Shown here: positions 1-9,542 of the stretch, piece by piece
Numbering within the stretch: the first letter of the stretch is position 1
Layout: every line of letters starts with the position of its first letter
Source of the DNA: Patescibacteria group bacterium
Lineage (GTDB): Bacteria > Patescibacteriota > Microgenomatia > UBA1400 > JAHJAY01
Assembly: GCA_018813815.1 (NCBI GenBank)
Contig: JAHJAY010000027.1
Location: 1 to 50,956 of the forward strand
Reading direction: 5' to 3'
Length of the DNA stretch: 50,956 nucleotides
Program-made: the position numbers and the translations under genes
The notes under the pieces: generated by a model
Databases searched by the model: none
Told to the model about the DNA's origin: nothing
What the model saw: only the letters and a program-made list of their open reading frames with translations

Positions 1-111
1 AACGCTAAAACCTGGTTATCTGCCCGGGAAAAAGGCAAGTTAAAGCTGGTTGGGCGTGACTACCAAGTTATTGACGGTGAGGTGGTGGAATTCAAGTTTG
101 GCGCTGGCTAG
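1..111 (+). CDS. ychF: 3' end of redox-regulated ATPase YchF (partial)
   Basis: Frame 1 reads NAKTWLSAREKGKLKLVGRDYQVIDGEVVEFKFGAG*, matching the YchF TGS C-terminus; ychF commonly precedes rpsF. Confidence 0.85.
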   Translation, partial: NAKTWLSAREKGKLKLVGRDYQVIDGEVVEFKFGAG

Positions 112-150
112 CCCGCATTACTTGCGTAGCTTGTGGCGGGTTGAGTTTTT
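109..150 (+). terminator. Hairpin after ychF stop (possible terminator or REP-like palindrome)
   Basis: TAGCCCGC (109-116) pairs with GCGGGTTG (136-143), followed by AGTTTTT. Confidence 0.35.
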
Positions 151-221
151 AATGAGCTTATTGTATAGTCATGTTATACTCTGATAAGAGTTATATTTTA
201 GAATAGGAAGGGGAATCCCTA

Positions 222-500
222 ATGAGAACTTATGAGGCAGTTTTTGTGTTTGATCCTCAAGTGGTCAAAAGCAAAAAAGAGGCTTTAGTTCAGGTAAATA
301 AAATTTTTAAACCAGCTGCGTCTAAAATTATTGAAACTCAGGCTTGGGGAGAACGCTCATTAGCCTATCCGATTAAGAAAAAAACTCAAGGTTGGTATTT
401 GTGCTTAACGGTTGAGCTTGACGAGGCTAAATTGGGAGAAATCAGCAAAAACCTTAAATTGGAAACAACTATTTTGCGGCACTTATTAATTAAGCAGTAA
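222..500 (+). CDS. rpsF: 30S ribosomal protein S6
   Basis: MRTYE, WGERSLAYPIKK, ILRHL motifs; rpsF-ssb-rpsR synteny. Confidence 0.97.
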   Translation: MRTYEAVFVFDPQVVKSKKEALVQVNKIFKPAASKIIETQAWGERSLAYPIKKKTQGWYLCLTVELDEAKLGEISKNLKLETTILRHLLIKQ

Positions 501-511
501 GGGGGGCGGTT

Positions 512-1075
512 ATGGCTTCACGTTCTTTAAATAAAGTAATGTTAATTGGTAATTTAACCCGGGATCCGGAATTGAGATATACACCTCAAGGGACGGCGGT
601 TTGCAGTTTTGGTTTAGCGACCAATCGTTCTTGGCAATCAGCAGGCGGCGGTGATCGTCAGGAGGAAACTGAATTTCATCGGATTGTTGCCTGGCAAAAA
701 CTGGCAGAGCTTTGCAGTCAGCTTTTGTTTAAAGGCAGAAAAGTCTATGTTGAGGGTCGATTACAAACACGGAAATGGACCGGTTCTGATGGTCAAGAGC
801 GGCAGACTACCGAAATTGTGATTGATAATATGATTGTTCTTGATTACCGTCAGCGCGATGATCAGTCTGGTGGTGGTTATGATTCGACCGGCAGCCAGCC
901 GGCGGTGGCCACAGAAGTTGTTCAGCCCGCCGCTCCAGCTGAGCCGATCAGCAGCGAGGTTCCTGTTAAAGAGAGTAAAGCTAAGGCGGTAGTTAAACCA
1001 AAAACGCAAAAAAAAGTTGAAACTGTCGGTCAGGACGATCCAAAAAAGGTCGCGCCTGATGACATTCCCTTTTAA
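512..1075 (+). CDS. ssb: Single-stranded DNA-binding protein
   Basis: SLNKVMLIGNLTRDPELRYT OB fold; C-terminal DDIPF. Confidence 0.98.
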   Translation: MASRSLNKVMLIGNLTRDPELRYTPQGTAVCSFGLATNRSWQSAGGGDRQEETEFHRIVAWQKLAELCSQLLFKGRKVYVEGRLQTRKWTGSDGQERQTTEIVIDNMIVLDYRQRDDQSGGGYDSTGSQPAVATEVVQPAAPAEPISSEVPVKESKAKAVVKPKTQKKVETVGQDDPKKVAPDDIPF

Positions 1076-1085
1076 GGAGTAGTTT

Positions 1086-1328
1086 ATGAAGCCAAAACGG
1101 CGGTTTAGAAAAAGAATAGAACAGGCCCCTGACAAATGTGCTTTTTGTGAGGAAAAAAAAGAACCGGATTATAAAACAGTTGACAGTTTGGTTAAACATC
1201 TGAGTGGCCGAGGAAAAATTTTAAGCAGGAAAAAAAGCGGACTGTGTGCCAAGCATCAACGTCGTTTAGCCACAGCGGTTAAAAGAGCCCGACATTTAGC
1301 CTTACTGCCTTTTGTTGGGGCAGTCTAA
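1086..1328 (+). CDS. rpsR: 30S ribosomal protein S18 (zinc-binding type)
   Basis: [32 protein letters not shown]. Confidence 0.97.
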   Translation: MKPKRRFRKRIEQAPDKCAFCEEKKEPDYKTVDSLVKHLSGRGKILSRKKSGLCAKHQRRLATAVKRARHLALLPFVGAV

Positions 1329-1334
1329 TGCCCA

Positions 1335-1910
1335 ATGAAAACACAAACTAGAATTATTGAATTAGCGAAGGAATTAAAAATTAAACCGCGGCGGTTGGTT
1401 AATTTTTTGCTTGTATCTTTAGGTAAATCTGTTGCCAAAGGCCAGATTTTAGCTCAGAAAAAGACTATGGGTTTTATCACCAAAACTGTTCGGGCGCCTG
1501 AAGCCGGCACAGTGGATAAAATTGAAGCTACCACGGGGCGGCTTTTTTTAACTCGGGCAAGTAAGAAAACCGGCTTTGGTTTTGGTTGGGGCAAGGCTAA
1601 GGCGGTGTTAGTTAAAGCCAAAGCCGAATTGAGTTTGAAAAATTTGAACCCTGATTGGCGGGATAAAATTATTTGGGCAGAGGCTATCAGTGAACCCGGA
1701 GCAATTTTTAAAGCCGAAGTGCTGGGGATTGAAGGTTTAATTTTACCGATTGAAACGCGTGAGGAATTACAAGACAGTTGTCAGGAGTTGGTTGAAGCCA
1801 GTGAGTTGGCAGTGGTTTTTGTTAAACCAGGTGTAAGTGAAAAGTTAAAACAGCTGGTTGGTAAACAGGTCATGATTGATGGCCAGAAGGGATCAGTTAG
1901 TGAAGCTTAG
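1335..1910 (+). CDS. Hypothetical protein with possible barrel-sandwich hybrid (biotinyl/lipoyl-like) segment
   Basis: 191-aa ORF coupled to neighbours; GKSVAKGQILA...VRAPEAGTVDKI pattern. Confidence 0.6.
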   Translation: MKTQTRIIELAKELKIKPRRLVNFLLVSLGKSVAKGQILAQKKTMGFITKTVRAPEAGTVDKIEATTGRLFLTRASKKTGFGFGWGKAKAVLVKAKAELSLKNLNPDWRDKIIWAEAISEPGAIFKAEVLGIEGLILPIETREELQDSCQELVEASELAVVFVKPGVSEKLKQLVGKQVMIDGQKGSVSEA

Positions 1911-3150
1911 TTTAAAAATCGTCAGGAAAACAGTTTTAAGTTTAGCCTTTTTACTTTTAGTCGGAGGAAGCGGTTTTTGGTTGGGGCGGACTGTTCAGTT
2001 ACCATCGACCTCGTCAGTTAATTGGCGGGTTGATCGCGCTCAGCCGGCAGCTAAAAACCATTTGGATTTATCAATGTTTTGGGATGTGTGGGATCGGTTA
2101 GAGCAATCTTATTTTGATCGACAGGCGGTTGATGCGCAAAAAATGATTTGGGGAGCGATTCAAGGTATGACTGCAGCGCTTGATGATCCTTATACTGTGT
2201 TCCTGCCGCCCAAAGACAATCAGCGCGCCCAAGAAGATTTAAACGGTTTTTTTGAAGGCGTAGGCATTGAATTGGGCTATCGTGACGAGATTTTAGCGGT
2301 GATTGCCCCCCTTGAAGGTATGCCGGCTAAAGCAGCGGGAATTCGGGCAGGCGATTTGATCGTCCATGTTAAAGATGAAGCTAAAAATGTTGATGTGGAT
2401 ACTTTAAGCATGTCTTTGCCGCAAGCAGTGGAAATTATTCGCGGACCCAAAGGCACACCGGTTACATTGAGTATTATTCATTCGGGTGAACAGGAAGTAG
2501 TGGAAATTGCCATTGTTCGGGGGACAATTATTGTTTCCAGTGTTCAGCTTGATTGGGTGGAGGGTGATATTGCCCATTTGCAATTATTCCGCTTTGGTGA
2601 ACGCACGCCCGAAGAGTGGGATCAGGCAGTGACCGAGATAACAGATAAATGTTCCGGTGGTCAAAGATTCAATTGTTCTGGAATCATTCTTGATCTGAGA
2701 AATAATCCTGGCGGTTACTTGGAGGCGGCAGTTAATCTGGCCAGCGAGTTTATTGCTCAGGGTGTGGTGGTTAAACAGGAGAATGCCGGCGGTTCAGTGG
2801 AAACCTACAGTGTTACCCGGCGGGGTAAACTTCTGGAAGCGCCGATAGTCGTTTTAATTAATAAGGGTAGTGCTTCATCGTCAGAGATTTTAGCCGGCGC
2901 TTTGAAAGTCAGGCGCCAGATTGAATTGATTGGTGAAACCAGCTTTGGTAAAGGCACTATTCAGGAGGCTCAAGAATTAGGTGGTGGTGCCGGCCTTCAT
3001 GTCACCACTGCTCGTTGGTTGCTGCCTGATGATACCTGGGTGAATGAAGCTGGCTTAGAACCTGATTATCAAGTTGAAGATGATCGGGAAACTGAAGCAG
3101 ATGAACAGTTTTTGAAAGCAATTGAGGTATTAAATGAAAATAATAATTAA
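1900..3150 (+). CDS. ctpA: S41 family C-terminal processing peptidase (CtpA-like) with PDZ domain
   Basis: N-terminal TM; LDDPYT, DLRNNPGG, SASSSE (catalytic Ser), SFGKG (catalytic Lys); start likely GTG 1900 (track 1876). Confidence 0.93.
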   Translation: MKLSLKIVRKTVLSLAFLLLVGGSGFWLGRTVQLPSTSSVNWRVDRAQPAAKNHLDLSMFWDVWDRLEQSYFDRQAVDAQKMIWGAIQGMTAALDDPYTVFLPPKDNQRAQEDLNGFFEGVGIELGYRDEILAVIAPLEGMPAKAAGIRAGDLIVHVKDEAKNVDVDTLSMSLPQAVEIIRGPKGTPVTLSIIHSGEQEVVEIAIVRGTIIVSSVQLDWVEGDIAHLQLFRFGERTPEEWDQAVTEITDKCSGGQRFNCSGIILDLRNNPGGYLEAAVNLASEFIAQGVVVKQENAGGSVETYSVTRRGKLLEAPIVVLINKGSASSSEILAGALKVRRQIELIGETSFGKGTIQEAQELGGGAGLHVTTARWLLPDDTWVNEAGLEPDYQVEDDRETEADEQFLKAIEVLNENNN

Positions 3151-3574
3151 AAAAACCAGTGAAATTAAAGAGGTTTCTTTTGGCCATGCGGTTAACTATT
3201 TGATTCCTCAGGGTTTGGCAGTAGCGGCTACAAGCAAAAACCTGAAAGAGCTTCAAGTTCGGCAGGCCAAGGAACAGGATAAGAAAAAGCAGGCGGTTAA
3301 AAAGGTTAAGGCCAAGCTAAAAAATTTAACCGGTAAAGAAATCAGCTTTAAAGTTAAATCCGGTAAAAAAGGTAAAATTTATGGGGCAATTACCAAAAAA
3401 GAAATTGCCGAAAAGTTGGGAATTTTAAAAAGTGAGGTTTTGCTTGATAAGCCGATTAAAAAAATCGGAGAATACGATATAAAAATAAATATAAAAGCGC
3501 GCGCCGCCGGCATAGCCTCTGGCGACGCACGGCAAAAATCAAATGTCAAAGTAGTGGTAGAAGAAAAGAATTAA
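3134..3574 (+). CDS. rplI: 50S ribosomal protein L9
   Basis: GHAVNYLIPQGLAVAAT, GKIYGAITKKEIA, PIKKIGEY. Confidence 0.93.
   Translation: MKIIIKKTSEIKEVSFGHAVNYLIPQGLAVAATSKNLKELQVRQAKEQDKKKQAVKKVKAKLKNLTGKEISFKVKSGKKGKIYGAITKKEIAEKLGILKSEVLLDKPIKKIGEYDIKINIKARAAGIASGDARQKSNVKVVVEEKN
3497..3533. repeat. GC-rich palindromic insert within rplI
   Basis: GCGCGCGCCGCCGGCATAGCCTCTGGCGACGCACGGC in an AT-rich gene; CGCCGG/CTGGCG stem; read in frame as ARAAGIASGDAR. Confidence 0.55.
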
Positions 3575-3575
3575 A

Positions 3576-4751
3576 ATGAAGAAATTTCTTCTTGGCGCTG
3601 CTACCGGTTTTGTATTTTTAGTTGCTATTCTTGGCGGAGCGATCAGTGATCGGCTATGGGGTTATCAGCCATTAGACAAATGGTTTCCTCGTTCAGGTTC
3701 AACAGAGTCTTCATTTCACTCCAACAATATTCGGGTGGTGAATGAAGAAAATGTGGTGATTGAAGTGGTTGAACAAGTTACCCCTTCGGTGGTAACTGTG
3801 GGGATTAAAACCCGCCAACGGATTATTGATCCCGGCAGTTTTTCTTTTGACCCATTTGATTTTTTTGGTTTTAGGCAACCAACTGTTCAGGAAAAAGAAG
3901 TTGAACAGGATATTGGCAGTGGTTTTATTGTCAGTGCTGAGGGCTTAGTAGTAACCAATAAACATGTTGTGGCTGATATTGAAGCAGAATATAAAGTAAT
4001 TACCGCTGATGACCGGGAATATCCGGTGGAAAAAATCTATCGTGATCCGATTAATGATTTAGCGATTTTGAAAATTAGCGCGCTTGATGGTATGAATCTT
4101 CAGCCGGTTGATTTAGGTGATTCTGAAGCTTTAAAAGTCGGTCAATTCGTAATTGCCATTGGCACGGCTTTAGGCGAATTTCGCTCCACTGTAACCACTG
4201 GGGTGATTTCTGGTTTAGGGCGTGGAATTCAGGCCGGAAATGGTTTTTCCGGTCAAGTGGAAAGTTTAGATAATGTGATTCAAACTGACGCGGCCATCAA
4301 TCCGGGTAATTCAGGCGGACCGTTGCTTAATTCTGTTGGTGAAGTGATTGCGGTTAATGTGGCTACAACTCAAGGAGCAGAAAACATCGGTTTTGCCATA
4401 CCTATAAATATTGTCAGGCAATCATTGGAAGAGTTTGAGGAAACAGGCAGTTTTTCCCGCGCTTTTTTAGGTGTGCGCTACAAAATGATTGACCAGAGAA
4501 CAGCAATTCTCAATGAAGTGCCTGAAGGAGCTTATGTGGTTGAGGTGATAGCGGATTCTCCGGCAGACAAAAGCGGTATTCAAGAGGGTGATATTTTAAT
4601 AGCCATTGATGGTCAGGTATTAAAACAAGCCGAAGCAGGTTTAATCGAGATTATTAATCATAAAAAAGCAGGTGAAGAAGTTAAAATTGAGCTGTGGCGC
4701 GACGGTGAGACTCGGGAATTGAAGATTCGACTGGAAGAAATTGGAGAATAA
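3576..4751 (+). CDS. htrA: HtrA/DegP-family serine protease with single PDZ
   Basis: TM anchor; TNKHV (His), DLAILK (Asp), [16 protein letters not shown] (Ser); C-terminal PDZ. Confidence 0.95.
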   Translation: MKKFLLGAATGFVFLVAILGGAISDRLWGYQPLDKWFPRSGSTESSFHSNNIRVVNEENVVIEVVEQVTPSVVTVGIKTRQRIIDPGSFSFDPFDFFGFRQPTVQEKEVEQDIGSGFIVSAEGLVVTNKHVVADIEAEYKVITADDREYPVEKIYRDPINDLAILKISALDGMNLQPVDLGDSEALKVGQFVIAIGTALGEFRSTVTTGVISGLGRGIQAGNGFSGQVESLDNVIQTDAAINPGNSGGPLLNSVGEVIAVNVATTQGAENIGFAIPINIVRQSLEEFEETGSFSRAFLGVRYKMIDQRTAILNEVPEGAYVVEVIADSPADKSGIQEGDILIAIDGQVLKQAEAGLIEIINHKKAGEEVKIELWRDGETRELKIRLEEIGE

Positions 4752-4797
4752 TAATCAAAAATTACTAATTTCTAAATTTTATAGTATAATTGCTCCT

Positions 4798-5112
4798 ATG
4801 AAGAAAAAAATTCATCCAGTTTATTATAATGATGCAGTCGCGACCTGTACTTGTGGAAATACTTTTAAGACCGGCTCAACTAAAAAAGACATTCAAGTTG
4901 AGATTTGCGCCGCCTGTCACCCCTTTTTTACCGGCGAGATGAAGTATGTTGATACTTTGGGTCGGGTAGAGCGTTTTCAAAAAAAAGCGGCGGCGGTGGT
5001 TGGTAAAACATACCTTTCTAAAAAGAAACGTCAGGCACTGCAACGGACTAAAGACAAAAAACAAGCTGATAAGGCACCGCGAACTTTAAAAGAGATGTTG
5101 CAAAAGTCATGA
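4798..5112 (+). CDS. rpmE: 50S ribosomal protein L31 (zinc type) with basic C-terminal extension
   Basis: [29 protein letters not shown]; true start ATG 4798 rather than TTG 4741. Confidence 0.96.
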   Translation: MKKKIHPVYYNDAVATCTCGNTFKTGSTKKDIQVEICAACHPFFTGEMKYVDTLGRVERFQKKAAAVVGKTYLSKKKRQALQRTKDKKQADKAPRTLKEMLQKS

Positions 5113-5798
5113 TTGCTCCGGGATTTGTTATTCTTGAAGTTAGACCTGGAACCGGAGGTGAAGAAGCCAAAATTTGGGCCAGAGATTTACAGCGGATGTA
5201 TGCTAAATATGCGGCTGCTCAAAATTGGCAAGTGGTTGATTTGGGGGCCGGTTGTTTGAAAATTAAAGGTGCAGGGGTTTACCAAAAATTAAAACATGAA
5301 AGCGGTGTTCATCGGGTACAGCGAATACCGACGACTGAACGTTATGATCGGATCCATACTTCAACTGCAACTGTGGCAGTTATTCCGGAAATTCCTCAGA
5401 GTGAAATTGACTTTAAATCAAGCGATTTAGAAGTTCAATTTTGTCGTTCTTCTTCGCAAGGAGGACAAAATGTTCAGAAAGTCAGCACTGCAGTTCGTTT
5501 AAAACACAAACCAAGCGGCTTGACGACTACTTGTCAAACTCAACGTTATCAGGAACAAAATCGCAAAATTGCCGAAGATATGTTGCGGGCTAAACTGTGG
5601 GAGCAGAAACAGGCTCAAAGGACTTCGCAAGTGAATCAGCACCGGGCAGCGATTGGACAGGGTATGCGGTCAGAAAAAATCCGGACGTACAATTATTCCC
5701 AAAATCGGGTGACTGATCATCGGATCAATAAAAAATGGCAGGATTTGGAAAACATTTTAGAAGGTAAATTAGACAAAATAATCAAGGCGTTAAACTAA
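5109..5798 (+). CDS. prfA: Peptide chain release factor 1, N-terminally shortened
   Basis: [26 protein letters not shown] (PxT), [18 protein letters not shown]; follows rpmE. Confidence 0.9.
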   Translation: MIAPGFVILEVRPGTGGEEAKIWARDLQRMYAKYAAAQNWQVVDLGAGCLKIKGAGVYQKLKHESGVHRVQRIPTTERYDRIHTSTATVAVIPEIPQSEIDFKSSDLEVQFCRSSSQGGQNVQKVSTAVRLKHKPSGLTTTCQTQRYQEQNRKIAEDMLRAKLWEQKQAQRTSQVNQHRAAIGQGMRSEKIRTYNYSQNRVTDHRINKKWQDLENILEGKLDKIIKALN

Positions 5799-6721
5799 TT
5801 AGACGATCGTTGTTCCGATTTAACGCTTTGTTTTTTGTATTCAGTTAAAAAGACCCCAATTACAATAAAAATCGCGCCCATAATAAATGATGGATCAACT
5901 GTTTCTCCTAACCAAAAAACAGCCAGCGGTATAGTGAAAATTGGTTGAAGGTAAGTAAACAGGGTTGCCTCTGAGGCTTCAATTAAACTTACTCCGTAAG
6001 CATAAGTAAAATAGGCAATGATTGAAGCAAATAAACTCATAAAAAGAATGCCGGGAATGGCTTGGATATTCGGTAGGAAATTCATAGTTATACGATAGCT
6101 GCTACTTAAGAGAAAAAGCGGGATGTAAGTAATCAGACCAACAAAAAAGGCCATGGCCGTCAGATTGAAACTGGAATATTTTTTAGCCAGATTTTTACCT
6201 AAAAGCGTATAGGTGGCCCAGCTGATATTGCTTACAAGAATTAGAATGTTGCCCAGAAGGTTCTGAGTTGTAAAAGTTCCTGAGCTTTTTAAAAGAGGGG
6301 AAAGGACGGCAATTAAAGTTCCGCCAAAAGCTAAGGCTAGGCCAATCTTTTCTTGGCGGGTGATGACTTCTTTTAAAAAAACTACTCCACCCAAAACAAT
6401 CATAATTGGCACAGTGGCGGCTAAAACAGCTGCGTCAACCGAGCTGGTTTTATTAAGCCCGAAAAAAAGCAAGCCCAAAGTAAGACTGGTGCTGCAAAAA
6501 GCGACCAGTAAAATCTGAGGCAAGTCACAAAGTTCAAACGGCTGGACTTTTATTTTTTTTAAAAAGACAGGCAGGATTAAAATTGAAACCAGTAAAAACC
6601 GCCAAAAAAGAAAGTCAGTTGGGCTAATGAAATTAAGGGTGTATTTAATAATTGGCGGAGAAATGCCCCAAATGATGGCGGTGGTTATTAGGGCGAGATA
6701 GGCTTTAATGCGAATAGTCAT
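5795..6721 (-). CDS. EamA/DMT family transporter
   Basis: About 10 TM helices in two EamA repeats (IIWG, FLKE, WLGE). Confidence 0.9.
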   Translation of the reverse strand: MTIRIKAYLALITTAIIWGISPPIIKYTLNFISPTDFLFWRFLLVSILILPVFLKKIKVQPFELCDLPQILLVAFCSTSLTLGLLFFGLNKTSSVDAAVLAATVPIMIVLGGVVFLKEVITRQEKIGLALAFGGTLIAVLSPLLKSSGTFTTQNLLGNILILVSNISWATYTLLGKNLAKKYSSFNLTAMAFFVGLITYIPLFLLSSSYRITMNFLPNIQAIPGILFMSLFASIIAYFTYAYGVSLIEASEATLFTYLQPIFTIPLAVFWLGETVDPSFIMGAIFIVIGVFLTEYKKQSVKSEQRSSN

Positions 6722-7980
6722 TAGCCATTAGTTATTAGCTTTTCTATTGTTTTTTCTAAGCTAATTGTTTCTTGCTCCCCAGTCTTCATATTTTTAACTG
6801 CGATTATATTTGCCCTGATTTCTTCCGGACCAACAATCGCTACCCGAGGGATGCCTTTTTTATTAGCATATTTAAATTGTTTGTCCAACCTGACATTAGT
6901 ATCCGGATACAGTTCGGTCTTAACGCCGGCTTGACGGAGTCTGCTTGCCAACTGAAGCGACTGAGTTAAATATTCCGGCGAAAAAACCGTTACCAAAACT
7001 TGGGCGCCGCTTTTTTGTTCAGGAATCAAACCGAGTTGATCTGCGGCTTCAACCATTCGGTCAAAACCAAAAGCAATACCGACAGCCGGAATATCAACAC
7101 CGCCTAACTGGGCAATGAGTTTATCGTAACGGCCGCCGCCGCCACAAGAACCAGCCGTGTATTCTGGAAGGACAACTTCAAATATCATGTCAGTATAATA
7201 GTCTAAACCCCGAGCTAGACTGGGAGAAAACTGGATGTCTGTTTTGGCAACACCTAAACCAACGGCTGCCTCAATAATGCTTTTTAGACTGGGTGAGGTT
7301 TTGGCTTGACCGATTTCTTTTAAAACCTTTTGAGCATCATTCTTATTGAGACCCTTATTTTCCAGTTCACTTATAACTGCTTCTGCGCCGATTTTATTCA
7401 GCTTGTCAATTGACTGAATAAGCGAAAAAACATCAACAGTTTTGTTAGTAAAAGGTTTTAAAGTTTCAAATAAAATTTGGCGGTCATTGATTTTAATCTT
7501 TACTTGTTTAAAGCCAATATTTTTAAACGCCCAATAAGTGCAGCTGACAATTTCAGCGTCAGCTAATGGAGATGAACTGCCAAAAATGTCAATATCACAT
7601 TGGGTAAATTCGCGGAACCGGCCTTTTTGTGGTTTGTCCGCCCGAAAAACATTTTGAATCTGGTAGCGTCGAAAGTATTTGGGTAATTGATTTTGGTATT
7701 GAGCCAGAATTCGGGCTGTTGGTACGGTTTGATCAAACCTAAGACCAATTTGTCTTTTGCCTCGGTCAGTAAAAGTGTAAACTAGTTTATCAGCCTCGTC
7801 GCCATATTTACCCAGCAGTAAGCCGGCATACTCCAAAGTAGGAGTTTCCAGCGGCTCAAAACCAAAAAGCTCAAAGACTTGTTTAATTCTTTGGATAATA
7901 AAATCACGCTTGCGCTTTTCTTCCGGCAAGAAATCGCGAAAACCCTTTAAGGTTTGCGGCTTTTGCATTTTTTTAGTCAT
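6721..7980 (-). CDS. hisS: Histidine--tRNA ligase
   Basis: KGFRDFLP, LRFDQTVP, FRADKPQKGRFREFTQCD, RGLDYYT, GGGRYD. Confidence 0.98.
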   Translation of the reverse strand: MTKKMQKPQTLKGFRDFLPEEKRKRDFIIQRIKQVFELFGFEPLETPTLEYAGLLLGKYGDEADKLVYTFTDRGKRQIGLRFDQTVPTARILAQYQNQLPKYFRRYQIQNVFRADKPQKGRFREFTQCDIDIFGSSSPLADAEIVSCTYWAFKNIGFKQVKIKINDRQILFETLKPFTNKTVDVFSLIQSIDKLNKIGAEAVISELENKGLNKNDAQKVLKEIGQAKTSPSLKSIIEAAVGLGVAKTDIQFSPSLARGLDYYTDMIFEVVLPEYTAGSCGGGGRYDKLIAQLGGVDIPAVGIAFGFDRMVEAADQLGLIPEQKSGAQVLVTVFSPEYLTQSLQLASRLRQAGVKTELYPDTNVRLDKQFKYANKKGIPRVAIVGPEEIRANIIAVKNMKTGEQETISLEKTIEKLITNG

Positions 7981-8207
7981 ATTGTTTCTTTAATAATAAC
8001 TTTTTAATCCTGCCAAAAGCAAACGCATTTTGACGAGCAGGGTACAAAAAACCAGCCCGTTCTATTAAAAACAATGGTAAATTTAAACCAATGCGGTTTG
8101 CTATGCCTGTGGAGCGGCAATCATTTTTAGAACTGACATGCGCTCCTGAAACAAGTGGGACATGATATAATTTGATCCAATATTAATTTTTTTACCGTCT
8201 TAAAATT

Positions 8208-8792
8208 ATGTTAAAGGAGAGATTTTGTATTTCAAACGAGGTTTTTGCTGATTCAGAAATTGGCGACTGGGGTTGTGATGCCGGCCTTATACCTTATGCT
8301 TCAGAAACTCTTATTTGCGATAAGACGCTAACCTTTCGCGAGAAGCAGATTATAGTCTTGATAGTTTTTGGTTTTACTAATAGGAAGATTAGTAAAATAC
8401 TTAGTAATAAAAATAATGAACAACCATTAAGTTACCATACAGTCAGAAGCCACATGCACAATATTAATGAGAAACTTGATCTTGGATCTAAGATCGAAGT
8501 TGCAATAGCGGCTGTTTCTCGAGGTTGGGTTGATATTCCGGCAATTTTACAAGCAGGATACGATTTACCTGTTAGTAGAGTAGAAGACCTACCTCCCAGA
8601 GGTAAGGAGGTTTTAGCGATGATGGCAGAAGGAGATATTAACAAAGAAATTGCTGCTAAGCTAGTAATAGGATATCCTACAGTCAGAAGTCACGTAGCGA
8701 TTATTTTAGATAAACTTGAAGTTGAAAATAAAACGCAAGCAGCGGTGGCTTATTTGTGTTATCAACAGCCTATTCTTCATCCGGAGGGTTAG
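8208..8792 (+). CDS. LuxR-family regulator with two tandem LuxR HTH domains
   Basis: LTFREKQII...TNRKIS...TVRSHMHNINEKL and LPPRGKEVL...INKEIA...TVRSHVAIILDKL. Confidence 0.88.
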   Translation: MLKERFCISNEVFADSEIGDWGCDAGLIPYASETLICDKTLTFREKQIIVLIVFGFTNRKISKILSNKNNEQPLSYHTVRSHMHNINEKLDLGSKIEVAIAAVSRGWVDIPAILQAGYDLPVSRVEDLPPRGKEVLAMMAEGDINKEIAAKLVIGYPTVRSHVAIILDKLEVENKTQAAVAYLCYQQPILHPEG

Positions 8793-9528
8793 TTGTTTTA
8801 GCCGTTGAACTAGCTGTTTCAGTCTCGGTTGGTTCAGTCTCATCAGTTAAGCCATTTTTGGTCGGAATAACTAAGACTTGATTTACCTTGTCAATTTCGC
8901 CGTCTTCATCAAGAGTAACGATCACATAAATTTTGTCTTCCAGGTTAATGTCTTCGATTTCCGGTTCTTCGATTCCTTTTATTTTTAAATTTTTACTGGA
9001 AGCCAGAGTAATTTCGTGATCATTAAAAACAATAGTTTGGTTGTCAATTTCTTTAACTTTACCCCAGAGTAATTGCCTGGCAGGAGCCGGTTTCGGCTCA
9101 GTTGTTACCACCACCCGCTTAGACTCTAAAACGCCGGTGTCATTTAAAAAACCCATGGCAATGATAAAATCGCCGACAGCCAAATCTTCAGGATTAAGTT
9201 GGTTGTTGCCCGGTGATTTGACAAAAACGGTTTCCTCCGAAAAGCTGGCTTGTTTAACCTCGTCAGCAATTTCAATTAAAAGTGTATCAGTGGTAATGTT
9301 TTTAAGTTTGCCGGGAAAACCCCGCTTCACTAATTGGCTAGTTTGGTCGTCAACCAGGCTTTTAACTTTATCAACATCCTCATCTACGTTTTCTTCAAGT
9401 CGCTCTTTTATTTTTTCTTTAACTTCATCTGAGGCTTCAGGAGTAGGCGATTGAGCCTGTATAAACGGAGTAAACAGCAAAGAGCAAAGAGTAAAGAGTA
9501 ATAAAAAGATGCTTATTTTTTTCTTCAT
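8770..9528 (-). CDS. Secreted hypothetical protein with two OB-like (DUF5666-like) repeats
   Basis: Signal peptide; repeated G-K-x-K-x-I...DL/I-x-V/L-G/E-D-x-I pattern. Confidence 0.7.
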   Translation of the reverse strand: MKKKISIFLLLFTLCSLLFTPFIQAQSPTPEASDEVKEKIKERLEENVDEDVDKVKSLVDDQTSQLVKRGFPGKLKNITTDTLLIEIADEVKQASFSEETVFVKSPGNNQLNPEDLAVGDFIIAMGFLNDTGVLESKRVVVTTEPKPAPARQLLWGKVKEIDNQTIVFNDHEITLASSKNLKIKGIEEPEIEDINLEDKIYVIVTLDEDGEIDKVNQVLVIPTKNGLTDETEPTETETASSTAKTTNPPDEE

Positions 9529-9542
9529 GATTTAATTAATAA

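Noticed and set aside
200-221. S6:S18 autoregulatory leader (AGGGGAATCCCT before rpsF)
   Set aside because: Only a 4-bp stem with CCC; too little to call
4741-4797. N-terminal extension of L31 from TTG 4741
   Set aside because: Overlaps htrA and contains the -10 box; the conserved start MKKKIHP is at 4798
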